DNA of 62,712 bases, counting the filler, from Stramenopiles sp. TOSAG23-2 (taxonomy: Eukaryota): the NCBI GenBank assembly GCA_900128395.1. It is 3 parts of 3 records of this genome, joined end to end, with 100 filler letters (N's around TTAATTAATTAA, not from the genome) between each part and the next. Parts side by side here need not be neighbours in the genome. Positions count along the whole stretch, not along the records: positions 1 to 30,468 come from LT649381.1; positions 30,569 to 60,996 come from LT649382.1; 1 more part is not named here. The stretch is one strand, 5' to 3'. The notes below the pieces were generated by a model. It was not told where the DNA came from. It worked only from the letters and a program-made list of their open reading frames with translations, and did not search any database. The stretch's first letter is position 1. Each line of letters opens with the position of its first letter. The translations under genes were made by a program, and so were the position numbers. This document shows, piece by piece, positions 22,801 through 32,567 of this stretch.

Positions 22801-24899
22801 ATTTTCTACCAGAAGAAGTAATAATTCGTTACGGCGATGAAGGAAATCATATGTATGTTATCAAACGAGGTGAAGTTCGAGTGGTATCGGAAGATGGTTC
22901 AGTTACATATGCAGTCCTAGAATCCGGTTCTTATTTTGGCGAGACTGCAATGTTAAGTAGAACTGTAAGGAACGCAAATGTGCTTGCAACAACGTATTGC
23001 GATTGCTTTTCGATTTCTAGAGATAGATTTGAAGTTGCTGGGGAAAATTCGGATGATTATCATGGCAAAGAAACAGTGACAAGTAAGCTTCGAGAGGTCT
23101 GGGAAGCTAAAGGTGGGCAAAACCGCAAGCTAGAGGAAAGAAGAGTATCATTAAATAAAATATCGTTGGAAATCAAAGATGAAACTAGTATTATTAAAAA
23201 GGTCCCATCTGTTGCTTTGAAAACGACGATAGATTCTGAAAAAGAAGACGATGACGTTATAAGCAATATTACCAACATTGAAAAGACCGATAACGAGAAT
23301 ATAGCCCACAGCATTATGTCATATGTAATATTTTTCTGTGTTATATTAAATATAATATCCATTCCATTGTATCTAGCGTTTGCGTTTTCGTTTCATATGT
23401 TTTTCGTATGTTGGTCAATTGACATATTGTTAGCAATAACCCTTTTAATAAAATATTATTACACCTTCATCTTGCGAAAGTTGCCAAATGAGGAAAATGG
23501 ACAATTTCAATTATATGAAAAATTATCACTAATTCCGTTAGATGTAATAATTTTTTTTATAGTTATGGCTGCTAGTAATGTGGAAAATCACAACATATCG
23601 TTTTATGTTGCATTGGGACGATTTAACAAATTTCTACTGATTAAAAAATTACGCTTTGAAAAGGTTTTATATTTACCATTTCTTTTTTCAATGATTGTAT
23701 CCATAGGACATGTTGCTGCATGTATTTTTTTCTTCATCGCGCGTTTTCAACATGGATTTGATCGATACGCCGAATGTAAAACGTTTAAACCTATTAATTC
23801 AACGTGTGAATGGAAAGGTACGTGGATGGAATTACAAATGGTAGATGGTTTGCTACCTTGGGAGGGTGCCGATATCTTTACATATTACGTTAGAGCAATA
23901 AATTGGGCAATTCCTACACTAGTTGTCGTTGTAATTGGCGATGCAACTCCAGTGACGATTGCAGAAACCTTTTATGTATGCTGCATTATATTATTTGGTT
24001 TAACAGTTAATGCTCTAATTATTGGTAGTATTGTTCCATTAGTCAATAGTAACAATAAGAAGAATAAGGCACAATTGAAAACAAAGCTGGATTTTTTATT
24101 CAATTTTATAATGCTATATTACATGTTTGCATTTGCATTGAGATTGGCTGTCGATACACCACTTTGGTCGTTTACCTTTGATTGGTTATTTGATGTAGTA
24201 GTAATAATGGACTTTTATTTTCGTATGAAAAATGGTATTAGTAAATTATCACGCAGTAACGTTTTTTGCGTTTTTCCAATAGATCTTTGTGTGATGTTAA
24301 TATTAGGAATAATAGAAAGCATATCTCTATCTTCCATAAATATGCAACGTGTGCCGTTTCTATTAACAATTTTTCGAGTTAATAAATTGTGTCTTTTAAT
24401 GGATACACGGTTTCGTTTGAAATCATCGTCTAAATTTAGCGTTTTACAATTAGCAATTACCTTGTTCATGTTAAATCATGTATTAGCATGTGGTTGGATA
24501 ATTATACATAGATATTTTGAATACAACTTGTCCGATACATGGGCAATTCGTGCCGGCGTTAGCGTCTACGATCTGAATACGGGTCAACACAATGAGTATA
24601 ATTCAGCATGGGATATATATTTTTCTGCATTTTATTTTACTATCGTTGTAATATCGACATGTGGATATGGTGATATAAGACCAGTGAATAACCTTGAAAC
24701 AATTTACAATGTGGTTAATGCTCTTATTGGTTCTATTACATTAGGAGTTTTTGTCGGAGAATTTGTTACTTTTTTTGAATATTTAGACAAGGGAAAAGAT
24801 AACCTTGCAAAATATAGAAAACATAAATTGAAGAATTATATGAATGAGAAAGGTATAAACATACATCAGCAAAATTCTATAATGAAAATGAAATTGTAA
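19845..24899 (+). CDS. Concatenated four-repeat cyclic-nucleotide-gated / K+ channel (CNGK-like architecture)
   Basis: Four S4+pore units with filters TIGLGD, TVGYGD, VVIGD and TCGYGD. CNBD-like domains follow repeats 1 and 2 (GSYFGETAML...RNANV). Confidence 0.88.
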   Translation: MTSILNQTKKINKAHVKKKESRHTIELTTQIVNVDIFKDVGDLNVNGEIEKELTKREKSFIVWTVVQIICLIYNIIFTPIQICYFRYNIGADNFLFMHVCDYIVDFLCALDIYFRVNNNMNSKKNINTNSKTNKLLRYNDRFSFIIDIFATIPFELIGLLFNIQGDFSFALLRLNRLLRLFRLKRYDVTDFLKDGETIDISFERMFYLFSFMFLCAHYFGCLFYFSALYVARTYPNAHTWPEMDGLWEIQHKYQNNLIHNNNTMVMVLNTSTSIHEQNTTSASLYLLNTEKCIGGYMSTHMLFNSNNENSNPLILCFLADLITRYWRSQYWAIITMVTIGLGDIVPISSIEIAICILSLYVGMNITAAAVGNLSIYIQKADLKATSFQKELDQVNQYLQYRELSKEVRLKIREFLTYTYDAAYVDPDISKLIAKLPVATQTNILYYDSIKLLQNKRLPLDFIYQLVINLDKKFFSPNDSVCQEDHVCEKAYLLYEGVANLYIHDLAVRRIIVGDFFGHDIFLTSKREEKEDIDTEKPDDRKKDDEEKKDVDDNDEDLDDDEEDDNILRWSYTIRAKTYCYFFTIDIDTYREKVWNQLNANVKKVVQKTIKHGATEFSNINRQQSMTSLTLRSFKQESKTFSPDSTFRNVWNILSFVGIAYNAFSVPLGLAFIFDDRWKGISFFSVLVDIFFIVEILLNLYVFQVWDKKTGLVQSDSKYLKTHYINEGSFYVDFISALPLDFFALIPIFPGVNTLPLFRLNKVVRLSHLYEYFTWVETFFINYRGYLSTPARRFTRLYYVLILACHYLACGFLLVAKWEIHNDSSTKTWITVDANDSNRLINPNSEKGMVGYLRAVYFTLVGASTVGYGDIVPVTLAETVYVTVTMLFAGLLKPAIVGGLASLIFSLFLEQKAKKIKSRRVSSAKSVYNKDTQHLVDEEKFIARLSPSLALAVLEQNIGKIVREIPFLSSCSENFIENLLSSFHPEYFLPEEVIIRYGDEGNHMYVIKRGEVRVVSEDGSVTYAVLESGSYFGETAMLSRTVRNANVLATTYCDCFSISRDRFEVAGENSDDYHGKETVTSKLREVWEAKGGQNRKLEERRVSLNKISLEIKDETSIIKKVPSVALKTTIDSEKEDDDVISNITNIEKTDNENIAHSIMSYVIFFCVILNIISIPLYLAFAFSFHMFFVCWSIDILLAITLLIKYYYTFILRKLPNEENGQFQLYEKLSLIPLDVIIFFIVMAASNVENHNISFYVALGRFNKFLLIKKLRFEKVLYLPFLFSMIVSIGHVAACIFFFIARFQHGFDRYAECKTFKPINSTCEWKGTWMELQMVDGLLPWEGADIFTYYVRAINWAIPTLVVVVIGDATPVTIAETFYVCCIILFGLTVNALIIGSIVPLVNSNNKKNKAQLKTKLDFLFNFIMLYYMFAFALRLAVDTPLWSFTFDWLFDVVVIMDFYFRMKNGISKLSRSNVFCVFPIDLCVMLILGIIESISLSSINMQRVPFLLTIFRVNKLCLLMDTRFRLKSSSKFSVLQLAITLFMLNHVLACGWIIIHRYFEYNLSDTWAIRAGVSVYDLNTGQHNEYNSAWDIYFSAFYFTIVVISTCGYGDIRPVNNLETIYNVVNALIGSITLGVFVGEFVTFFEYLDKGKDNLAKYRKHKLKNYMNEKGINIHQQNSIMKMKL

Positions 24900-25080
24900 A
24901 ATACATATGCTTGAGAAGGGAGGGGTTGATATTAATAAGGAGTAAAGAAAGGGTATATAAAAAAGAAAGGTATAAACATACATCAGCAAAATTCTATAAT
25001 GAAAATGAAATTGTAAAATACATATGCTTGAGAAGGGAGGGGTTGATATTAATAAGGAGTAAAGAAAGGGTATATAAAAA
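24847..25080. repeat. Exact 117-bp tandem duplication spanning the channel stop codon
   Basis: agaaaggtataaacatacatcagc... starts at 24847 and 24964. Confidence 0.95.
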
Positions 25081-25260
25081 AAATTAATATAAAATATAAA
25101 TATTTATACAAACAAATTAAAAAAATACGTACCACGAGGTGTCGTGTATAGTAATATTTTTTACGTATGATAATATGATGCACATAATATTAATAATGTG
25201 AAAATATCATATATATATCATCATATGCCTTGTATTCATTTTATAGTTTTAAGTTTACTA

Positions 25261-25473
25261 CGAAGTAATATTAATATAATTTAATCCGTACACTCCAAAC
25301 CCTCTTCTTAATACTCTTTTTAAATCGATTTCAATATCTCTGCCGCTGAATGGGCTCGACACAAACACGAAGTAATATTAATATAATTTAATCCGTACAC
25401 TCCAAACCCTCTTCTTAATACTCTTTTTAAATCGATTTCAATATCTCTGCCGCTGAATGGGCTCGACACAAAC
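25261..25473. repeat. Tandem duplication (period 107 bp) spanning the stop codon of the minus-strand gene
   Basis: cgaagtaatattaat...gctcgacacaaac starts at 25261 and 25368. Confidence 0.95.
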
Positions 25474-28198
25474 GTTGTAATTTCGAAATTGATGGTTTTA
25501 AATGTACCATTTCATCGAAAATCAAGGTTTTGAAATTTCGACTTTCCCAATTTTGAGCATACGTATGAATCAATGACCTAAAAATTTGTTGATCTCCATG
25601 ATCATTTTCAAGCTTTAAAATTTTACAAAATATTTTATCAATAACTTTATAATTGTTATTAGCAATCAATGCATTTAATAAATCTTTAATTATTTGTTGA
25701 TACCCATATTCTAGGTCATTGTTGTTAAAATATTCCTGTAACTTTGACAATGATAATAACAGTTCATGTGGGTTACTAATTTCAAAAGAGAGTAAAAGAC
25801 GTATTGTATATCCATCAATAGTATCAATACATTTTATCTTTTCAAAAATTTGCCCTATTGCAATTTGATCTATATTTTGTAATAAAAAACTTATGAAAAA
25901 TCGCTGGAACGATAGCGTATTTGAAAAAATCGATGTGACTAAGTCATCTTGCCATTTATCCAAGTCATAATGAGTAATACTACTCATTTCATTATTTACA
26001 GCAAACGATTTATCAACTGATTGACTTTCTAATATTTGAACATATAAATTTGCCAGCTTATTTCGAAATCGGATTTGTGATGGGTAAGCAATTGTACAAA
26101 TTTCATAAATTTGTACGACAGTTTCTATTTGATCGATTTTCAATATGGAAAATGACCGTAGAAATCCATCCAATTGATCTTGCGACAATTCATTAATGAT
26201 ATCCTTCAACAAGGATACTCCAAGATTGGGATATTTTAAATATATAGCTCTACCAAATGCTGTTAATTTCCAATCGTTTTTTCGCTTTGCTAAATAAAGT
26301 AAAAAAGACACTTTTGACCATCCTGGGAAATTTGTACAAAAACTTTCAAACAATTTATTTATATTTTCCACATTAATTAACTTGTCTAGATTACCATTGT
26401 AATTATCATCGATATGAGTTAAAGCGAAGATTGCACTTAATATTGCCATATTTTCATCTTTCCCTTTTAATTTTGAAAACGATTTATTTGCTAAGAGTAA
26501 ACTTTTTTTCATATTTGAATACTCAATATCTCCACGACTTTCACTAGACATGATAAGGCATGCATAAAATTGTTTTACGTAAACATGATTATTATTAGAT
26601 TTCGTGTCTACGGATATAATATTCATTAGATCCATTTCACCACTTTGTAGCATTGTATAAAAATCTTGTATTTGCTCCAAGCGATCTAAGTTCCATAGCC
26701 AAATTAAATAAATTGGCATGATTGACATATTAGCTTTATTTATTAAAGATATTGCATTTTTAAACGTTAAATTTGATTGTGCTAAACACTTTAGACCATT
26801 GACATTATCATTACTTTTTATAAAATAGTTAACCAAATATACAGACAGTAGCGAAGTTGCACGACACAATTGAAGTTTTTCTAAAAGCACATCGGCTGGT
26901 TTAATATGGTAATTGCGATTACTACCATTTGTTTCTATTGATTTATAATTCAAGACAGCAGATCGTAAATTGACAGAATTATATACATTCAAAAGAACAT
27001 AGTAAAATTGTTTATGTACCGCTACATTTTCTACAGCTTTTGCAATTAAATTTTCACAAATACGATCAATTGGTATAAATTGGAAAACTTGATTAATCAT
27101 GGAGGATCCTCTCGAATTATCCTTTGCATCATTATATTGGTGCAATTCAGGATCCTTTGATGTATCTATATTAATATTATCAGGATCTTTATCTATTTGC
27201 TCATTTGTATTTTCACCACCACCAACACCACCGCTGTCAATATTGCAACTAAATAATCCAAGATACTGTTTTGTTTTCAAAAGCAAATTATTACTTGTAA
27301 CAGCTGAATAATTGTTACTGGGCTGAATAATAGTCAAAAGGCATGGCATCAATCTACTATCACTACCTATGCCATTATTATTATTATCATTATTATTACA
27401 ATTTTTCATGACGGGTACAGTCCATATTTCAACACCAGCAAATGTATTCACATATAAAAATGGCATTTTCACACAGATTGATGAGACACTGGAAGTAAAT
27501 TCATATTTAGTCCAAAACTTTGCATCATAATTTTTTGTAAATTTAGTATCATGATGATCGCTATTTATTTGTACATTGTACAGCCAACCATAACGATTGT
27601 TTACGACAAGTACACCTAACATCTTCTCCATAACATTACATCTACTATTATTATTGTATCTAACATTATTATATGTAAAAGACTGCATTAACGTTTGCAA
27701 TGATGATCCTGCTCTTAATCGTTTCACATTATACTTTCCACCCCCGCCATTTTTTAACATTGAATCTTCACTTCCTATTACGATACAACTAGCCATCGCA
27801 CATGATTTATCAAGCCATTTCCAAGATGATGAATTAGCACGTAACCATAACGATCCTAAAAATTCATTTGCATTTTCATTTACATTATTATTATGTTGAA
27901 AAATCGTATCTTTTCCAGACATATCAATTGAAATTTTGTCATTAGCTTCATATTTTTTACCAAAAGTTCGACTTGTTTCAGGTATTACACTTTTAGACGT
28001 GGATGTATTGACTAAATTTAATTTCAATACAGTCAATTTATCTTCATACACATAACCAATTATATTATCATATATGAAAAAACTTGGTTGATATCGAGAT
28101 GGGTATATTTTAAATCCTATTTCTACATAATGCTCAAAATCAATCCTATCACCAGCAGGGCATTGCCATATATTGACGGTACCACTATCTTGATTTGC
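25427..28198 (-). CDS. HPS3 (BLOC-2 subunit)-like protein, 5'-incomplete
   Basis: The frame stays open 49 codons upstream of the GTG at 28051, to 28198, with no ATG. GWLYNV...KYEFTSSVSSICVKMPFLYVNTFAGVEIWTV and RIDFEHYVEI resemble the HPS3 N-terminal region as I recall it. C-terminal part is helical. Confidence 0.5.
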   Translation of the reverse strand, partial: ANQDSGTVNIWQCPAGDRIDFEHYVEIGFKIYPSRYQPSFFIYDNIIGYVYEDKLTVLKLNLVNTSTSKSVIPETSRTFGKKYEANDKISIDMSGKDTIFQHNNNVNENANEFLGSLWLRANSSSWKWLDKSCAMASCIVIGSEDSMLKNGGGGKYNVKRLRAGSSLQTLMQSFTYNNVRYNNNSRCNVMEKMLGVLVVNNRYGWLYNVQINSDHHDTKFTKNYDAKFWTKYEFTSSVSSICVKMPFLYVNTFAGVEIWTVPVMKNCNNNDNNNNGIGSDSRLMPCLLTIIQPSNNYSAVTSNNLLLKTKQYLGLFSCNIDSGGVGGGENTNEQIDKDPDNINIDTSKDPELHQYNDAKDNSRGSSMINQVFQFIPIDRICENLIAKAVENVAVHKQFYYVLLNVYNSVNLRSAVLNYKSIETNGSNRNYHIKPADVLLEKLQLCRATSLLSVYLVNYFIKSNDNVNGLKCLAQSNLTFKNAISLINKANMSIMPIYLIWLWNLDRLEQIQDFYTMLQSGEMDLMNIISVDTKSNNNHVYVKQFYACLIMSSESRGDIEYSNMKKSLLLANKSFSKLKGKDENMAILSAIFALTHIDDNYNGNLDKLINVENINKLFESFCTNFPGWSKVSFLLYLAKRKNDWKLTAFGRAIYLKYPNLGVSLLKDIINELSQDQLDGFLRSFSILKIDQIETVVQIYEICTIAYPSQIRFRNKLANLYVQILESQSVDKSFAVNNEMSSITHYDLDKWQDDLVTSIFSNTLSFQRFFISFLLQNIDQIAIGQIFEKIKCIDTIDGYTIRLLLSFEISNPHELLLSLSKLQEYFNNNDLEYGYQQIIKDLLNALIANNNYKVIDKIFCKILKLENDHGDQQIFRSLIHTYAQNWESRNFKTLIFDEMVHLKPSISKLQRLCRAHSAAEILKSI

Positions 28199-29478
28199 TT
28201 ACATCGATTTATATGTTAAAAAAACGAAGAAAGATAATTGAAAATAAAGATGCAGCAAAGGCAATTATTATGCCAGGAAAATTATTAATGGGTCAAGATA
28301 AATGGCTGGGAGGTGTATGCTCTCCAGATGGTAAATATATATATGGAGTACCAGGTCATGCAAAGCGAGTATTAAAAATAACAGCTGCAACTGGTGAATA
28401 CGAATTAATCGGACCAGAATACAAAGGTCCATTTAAATGGTTAAGAGGAGTTGAAGTCCCTGCTTCAGTTACTGGTAACAAACAAGAAATTTATTGCATG
28501 CCATCCAATGGAGGAAAATATGGTGTTTTAAAAATATCACCTGATACCGATGCTGTGACAACTATAGGTGGCCCGTTTCCAGGCGATTGGATGTGGCATG
28601 GTGGTGTCTTGTCTGAGATTGATGGTAACATATACGCCATACCATGTAATGCAAATGGTGTATTAAAAATTAATCCACGAACAGACAAAGTTGAAATAAT
28701 AGGTGGACCGTGGCCAAATGAACCAGTCAGACAAAAATGGTATGGTGGCATCATTGGATACGATGGCAATATATACGGTATACCTCAATGTGCATCTGGA
28801 GTATTAAAAATAAATCCACGAACACAAGAATGTACAATAATAGGAATAGAAGAAGTTTCATCGCATGGAGTTGGTGAGAAAATGGGATGGAAATGGCATG
28901 GTGGATTTTGTGATCAAAATACAAATATTATATATGGTATAGCATCAAATGCAGATGCAATATTGAAAATTGATACGAAAACAGATACAGTAACAACAAT
29001 AGGATATCCTTTAAATAGAAATTGGGCACATCGTCAAGATGGTAAATATAAATATTTAGGTGGAGCTATTGGTGGTGATGGATATTGTTATTTTTTCCCT
29101 TGCGATGCGGAACAAGTTTTGCGTGTTGATTTAAAAACAGATGAATGTAAATTGATTGGTCCAAAATTTATGGAAGGTATGAATAAGTGGCAAAATGGTT
29201 TTTTAAGTCAAGATGGATGTATTTATGCAATTCCACAACGAGCTCATGGAATATTGAAAGTTACTCCATCAAAAGATCCAAAAAATATTGATGCAAAGGT
29301 GGAATATCTATATTTTCATAATACAAATTATGATATAATAGATGAAGAGGAAGGGGAATATTTTAAACTACAAAAAGATAAATTTGAAGCAGCTGTTATG
29401 GGAAACGATGGTGTAATGTATTGCATGCCATTAAGAGCAAAAAGAATCGTGAAGATTGTCCCTGGAAGAGAGAGATGA
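28195..29478 (+). CDS. Beta-propeller-like repeat protein (KW.GG...DG.IY.IP..A..VLKI repeats), start uncertain
   Basis: About 7-8 internal repeats of roughly 45-55 aa (KWLGG, KWLRG, MWHGG, KWYGG, KWHGG, KYLGG, KWQNG, KFEAA). Confidence 0.8.
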   Translation: MLTSIYMLKKRRKIIENKDAAKAIIMPGKLLMGQDKWLGGVCSPDGKYIYGVPGHAKRVLKITAATGEYELIGPEYKGPFKWLRGVEVPASVTGNKQEIYCMPSNGGKYGVLKISPDTDAVTTIGGPFPGDWMWHGGVLSEIDGNIYAIPCNANGVLKINPRTDKVEIIGGPWPNEPVRQKWYGGIIGYDGNIYGIPQCASGVLKINPRTQECTIIGIEEVSSHGVGEKMGWKWHGGFCDQNTNIIYGIASNADAILKIDTKTDTVTTIGYPLNRNWAHRQDGKYKYLGGAIGGDGYCYFFPCDAEQVLRVDLKTDECKLIGPKFMEGMNKWQNGFLSQDGCIYAIPQRAHGILKVTPSKDPKNIDAKVEYLYFHNTNYDIIDEEEGEYFKLQKDKFEAAVMGNDGVMYCMPLRAKRIVKIVPGRER

Positions 29479-29674
29479 TGAAAAAAATATTTTTTTGGTA
29501 ATTTATGATACGAAGGGAACAGTAAAAANNNNNNNNNNNNNNNNNNNNNNNATCTGGTGTAATGTATTGCATGCCATTAAGAGCAAAAAGAATCGTGAAG
29601 ATTGTCCCTGGAAGAGAGAGATGATGAAAAAAATATTTTTTTGGTAATTTATGATACGAAGGGAACTGTAAAAA
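29409..29674. repeat. About 120-bp duplication flanking a 23-N gap (contig-overlap artefact)
   Basis: 29409-29528 is repeated at 29555-29674, with mismatches only near the copy ends. Confidence 0.9.
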
Positions 29675-29770
29675 AAAAATACAATACACGGCGCGGCTTT
29701 AAGCTCCCGCTTCCCCCTAATATGTAAACTACTCAATCATCAATAAAGAGACCCTAATTTTGGTATTCTA

Positions 29771-30468
29771 CTATATTTCATACTCATCAAAATCGTCGTC
29801 GTCATCATCACTACTACTCGTAAAACCATCAATTTGACTGACTCTAGTTACCACCCCACCTAATTTTCCACCTTTTTCTTTTAACATTGAAAACATTTGC
29901 TCTTTAATTGGACTGCTATTAAACAAATGCAAACGGTCCAATGGTGTACATTTGTTTGAATCAAGAGCATTTATTATATCCAGCGTCATATCTGTATGAT
30001 TTAACAACCAAAGCCATACTTCTAAATTGTTCTCCAACCAATCAGCAGCAATATGTAAAGCATTTGAATTATTTTCTTTGTTTGTAAATCGAATCGTTTG
30101 TCTACCGGATTTCAAAATTTTATCCATTAATGGGATATCTTCCGCCTTTATTGCTTGAAATAGCGAATATTTCGCACCAAATTTGACAAACGCTGCTACC
30201 AGTTCTTTCTTCCTTAAAGGATTACAAATATCTAACGCGTTGTGCTCTTCATGATCTAATTCGTTAATCATTTCCGCTGTTGTTGTTGGATGGTTTAATA
30301 TTAACTGTGCTACTCTTGTATATTGAAAATGATTACATGATATAAAGTGAAATACATTGGTGCCACCTCTTGCTGCTATACTAACGTCTGCACCATTGTT
30401 TAGTAAAAATTCTACTATGTTTGTATGTTTGTATAAAGTTGCTAGCATAAGTGCAGTCCTTCCAAATC
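29771..30468 (-). CDS. Ankyrin-repeat protein, 5'-truncated at scaffold end
   Basis: GRTALMLATLYKHTNIVEFLLNNGADV, NSNALHIAA, CTPLD; the frame runs into the N linker. Confidence 0.85.
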
Positions 30469-30568
30469 NNNNNNNNNNNNNNNNNNNNNNNNNNNNNNNN
30501 NNNNNNNNNNNNTTAATTAATTAANNNNNNNNNNNNNNNNNNNNNNNNNNNNNNNNNNNNNNNNNNNN
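30469..30568. other. Artificial scaffold-joining linker (44N + TTAATTAATTAA + 44N)
   Basis: Exactly 100 bp, with a six-frame-stop 12-mer at 30513-30524; identical to the linker at 60997. Confidence 0.97.
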
Positions 30569-30570
30569 CA

Positions 30571-32070
30571 GTGAATACGGAGAATAACAAGGATGAGAAT
30601 GATGTGGATGAGCATGATAATAATGAGTATGGTATCAAAGGAACTACGATGGATTTAGATTTCGATAAAACTAAACGAAGATCGATGTATTTAAAGCAAT
30701 TGGTAACAAATGGTCCAAATTTTTCAGAGGCATATGCTTTTTTTGATCGAATGCGAGAGAAAAGTGTAGCATGCAAAGACTTTGATTATTCAGCGATGTT
30801 CGTCCATACCTTGCATACATCAAAGGAAATGTTTGAGTTTATTGATATGATGGATGAAGATTACAATGAAAACTGTTACACCAAAGGCTCTAGTAGCAAG
30901 GGTAGGATAGATAATACAATGGATGAAGTCATGTACAAGGTATTAGCAAGTCAATTGGTTTTAGAACAAGGACCAGTACTTGCTAGGAAAACAATGTCAT
31001 CGTTTCTTAATGGTCGCCATAATTATAAAAATGACAGTGAGTTGCAATATTATGTTTCAGAGATAATCGAACCAATATTTAGGCGTACCAGCGTAAGAAC
31101 GAGCCAACTTCGTACAAACTTATTGCGTGAGATGAAAAGAAATGGAAAACGAAAAAGTTTAGAATGGTTTATGAAAGAAATTTGCCATGAAAACCAAGTT
31201 GCCGATATATATCAATATTGGTATTTATTGAACGAAACTGCTGTGACTTCGACGAATCAAGGGGAAATGCTGAATTACATGAAATCTAATAATATTGCAT
31301 TAGACGATGTTTGCGTAAGAGGAATCGTCAACCAACTAATATTGGAAGGTCACTACGATGTTGCAGAACATTTGATAATTGAAAATAATATGCCTATTGA
31401 GAAATTGATCCACATATTGCGGCAATTGAATGGAATCGTCTTAAAGCGAAGTAGAGGAGATCTTGAATTACTTAAATCGAAAGATAGTTACGGGATTAAA
31501 AGAAAGCTGTATGATTTGCTCGTCGAAATGACAACTAGAAAGGGTGAGGAAAAAATTCAAGAAGATGAAGTGGATACTACAATAGATACAATGTCATCCA
31601 TAAATATTGATGACAATCACAATATAGAAGATGTAGACAATGAAATGGAAGGACACGAAAGTCAGCAACATTCATGTGGAGAAGATGATACCATCTTGAT
31701 GCTTGCATCCAAACGGAATAAATTTATATTTCCATCCTCGTGTAGTCCATTTTTATTTACGGAAGAGCAACAAATTTCCTTATTAAATGAAATCGAGGAT
31801 GCAAAGAAAGAAACATTTGTAGCAGATTCAAAATGGTCTGTGAAGCGTGATCGACGATTTAATATGTTAGTCAAAGATAAAAAGCAAAGGGCGGCAATGA
31901 AATTAATCAATGTCATGGCAAAAAATAATGTTACAAATGTTACCCACATTCAATCTCGTGTAAAAGCACGGAAAATATTTAAAGAGTTGATTGTGCAAAA
32001 TCGAAATAAAAGAATTGAGAAGAAAATCAAAACAAATCGTTTTGAACAGTTTGATGCCATCTCCTTTTAA
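30571..32070 (+). CDS. Helical-repeat (possibly PPR-like) protein, 5'-truncated
   Basis: 499-codon open frame starting at the scaffold edge. SEAYAFFDRMREKSV and EMLNYMKSNNIALD segments are reminiscent of PPR units. Confidence 0.55.
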   Translation: MNTENNKDENDVDEHDNNEYGIKGTTMDLDFDKTKRRSMYLKQLVTNGPNFSEAYAFFDRMREKSVACKDFDYSAMFVHTLHTSKEMFEFIDMMDEDYNENCYTKGSSSKGRIDNTMDEVMYKVLASQLVLEQGPVLARKTMSSFLNGRHNYKNDSELQYYVSEIIEPIFRRTSVRTSQLRTNLLREMKRNGKRKSLEWFMKEICHENQVADIYQYWYLLNETAVTSTNQGEMLNYMKSNNIALDDVCVRGIVNQLILEGHYDVAEHLIIENNMPIEKLIHILRQLNGIVLKRSRGDLELLKSKDSYGIKRKLYDLLVEMTTRKGEEKIQEDEVDTTIDTMSSINIDDNHNIEDVDNEMEGHESQQHSCGEDDTILMLASKRNKFIFPSSCSPFLFTEEQQISLLNEIEDAKKETFVADSKWSVKRDRRFNMLVKDKKQRAAMKLINVMAKNNVTNVTHIQSRVKARKIFKELIVQNRNKRIEKKIKTNRFEQFDAISF

Positions 32071-32567
32071 TCTGGCGAGTGCTGTAAAATCCTATATACT
32101 TGTACGACGAACAGGTATATTTTATATTTTAATACGAAGTGAATATATATGTACTTTCGTATAATTTAAAATTTACACGCATAATTTATTTTTAGTTTTA
32201 CTCAATATGATACGAAGTTTCGTAATTTTTACACTACTCTCAAAAAGAATATGTACTCTCTGTACAAATAACTGAGGCAATAATATCTACTTCGCGTACG
32301 AATCATATCTCACACACTAAGAAGTGTGTTTTATATTCTCATAAAAAAAAAATATAAATAATTTTTATAATATTTAAAACATATATATATGAATATAACA
32401 GTATGAGTAAATAAAAATCTTTAACTTATGAATAAGAGAATTTTTTATATTTTAAAGAGAATACACATATATAAAGAGAATTATATATTAAAAATAATTA
32501 AATATATATATATATGACGTTCAAAAAATATATTTTACATTTCTAGCACACACACCATGTATTTAAA

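Noticed and set aside
30513-30524. TTAATTAATTAA palindrome inside N runs (also 61041-61052) as a biological site
   Set aside because: Identical 44N-12-44N format with stops in all six frames marks a concatenation linker. Genes on either side are not neighbours.
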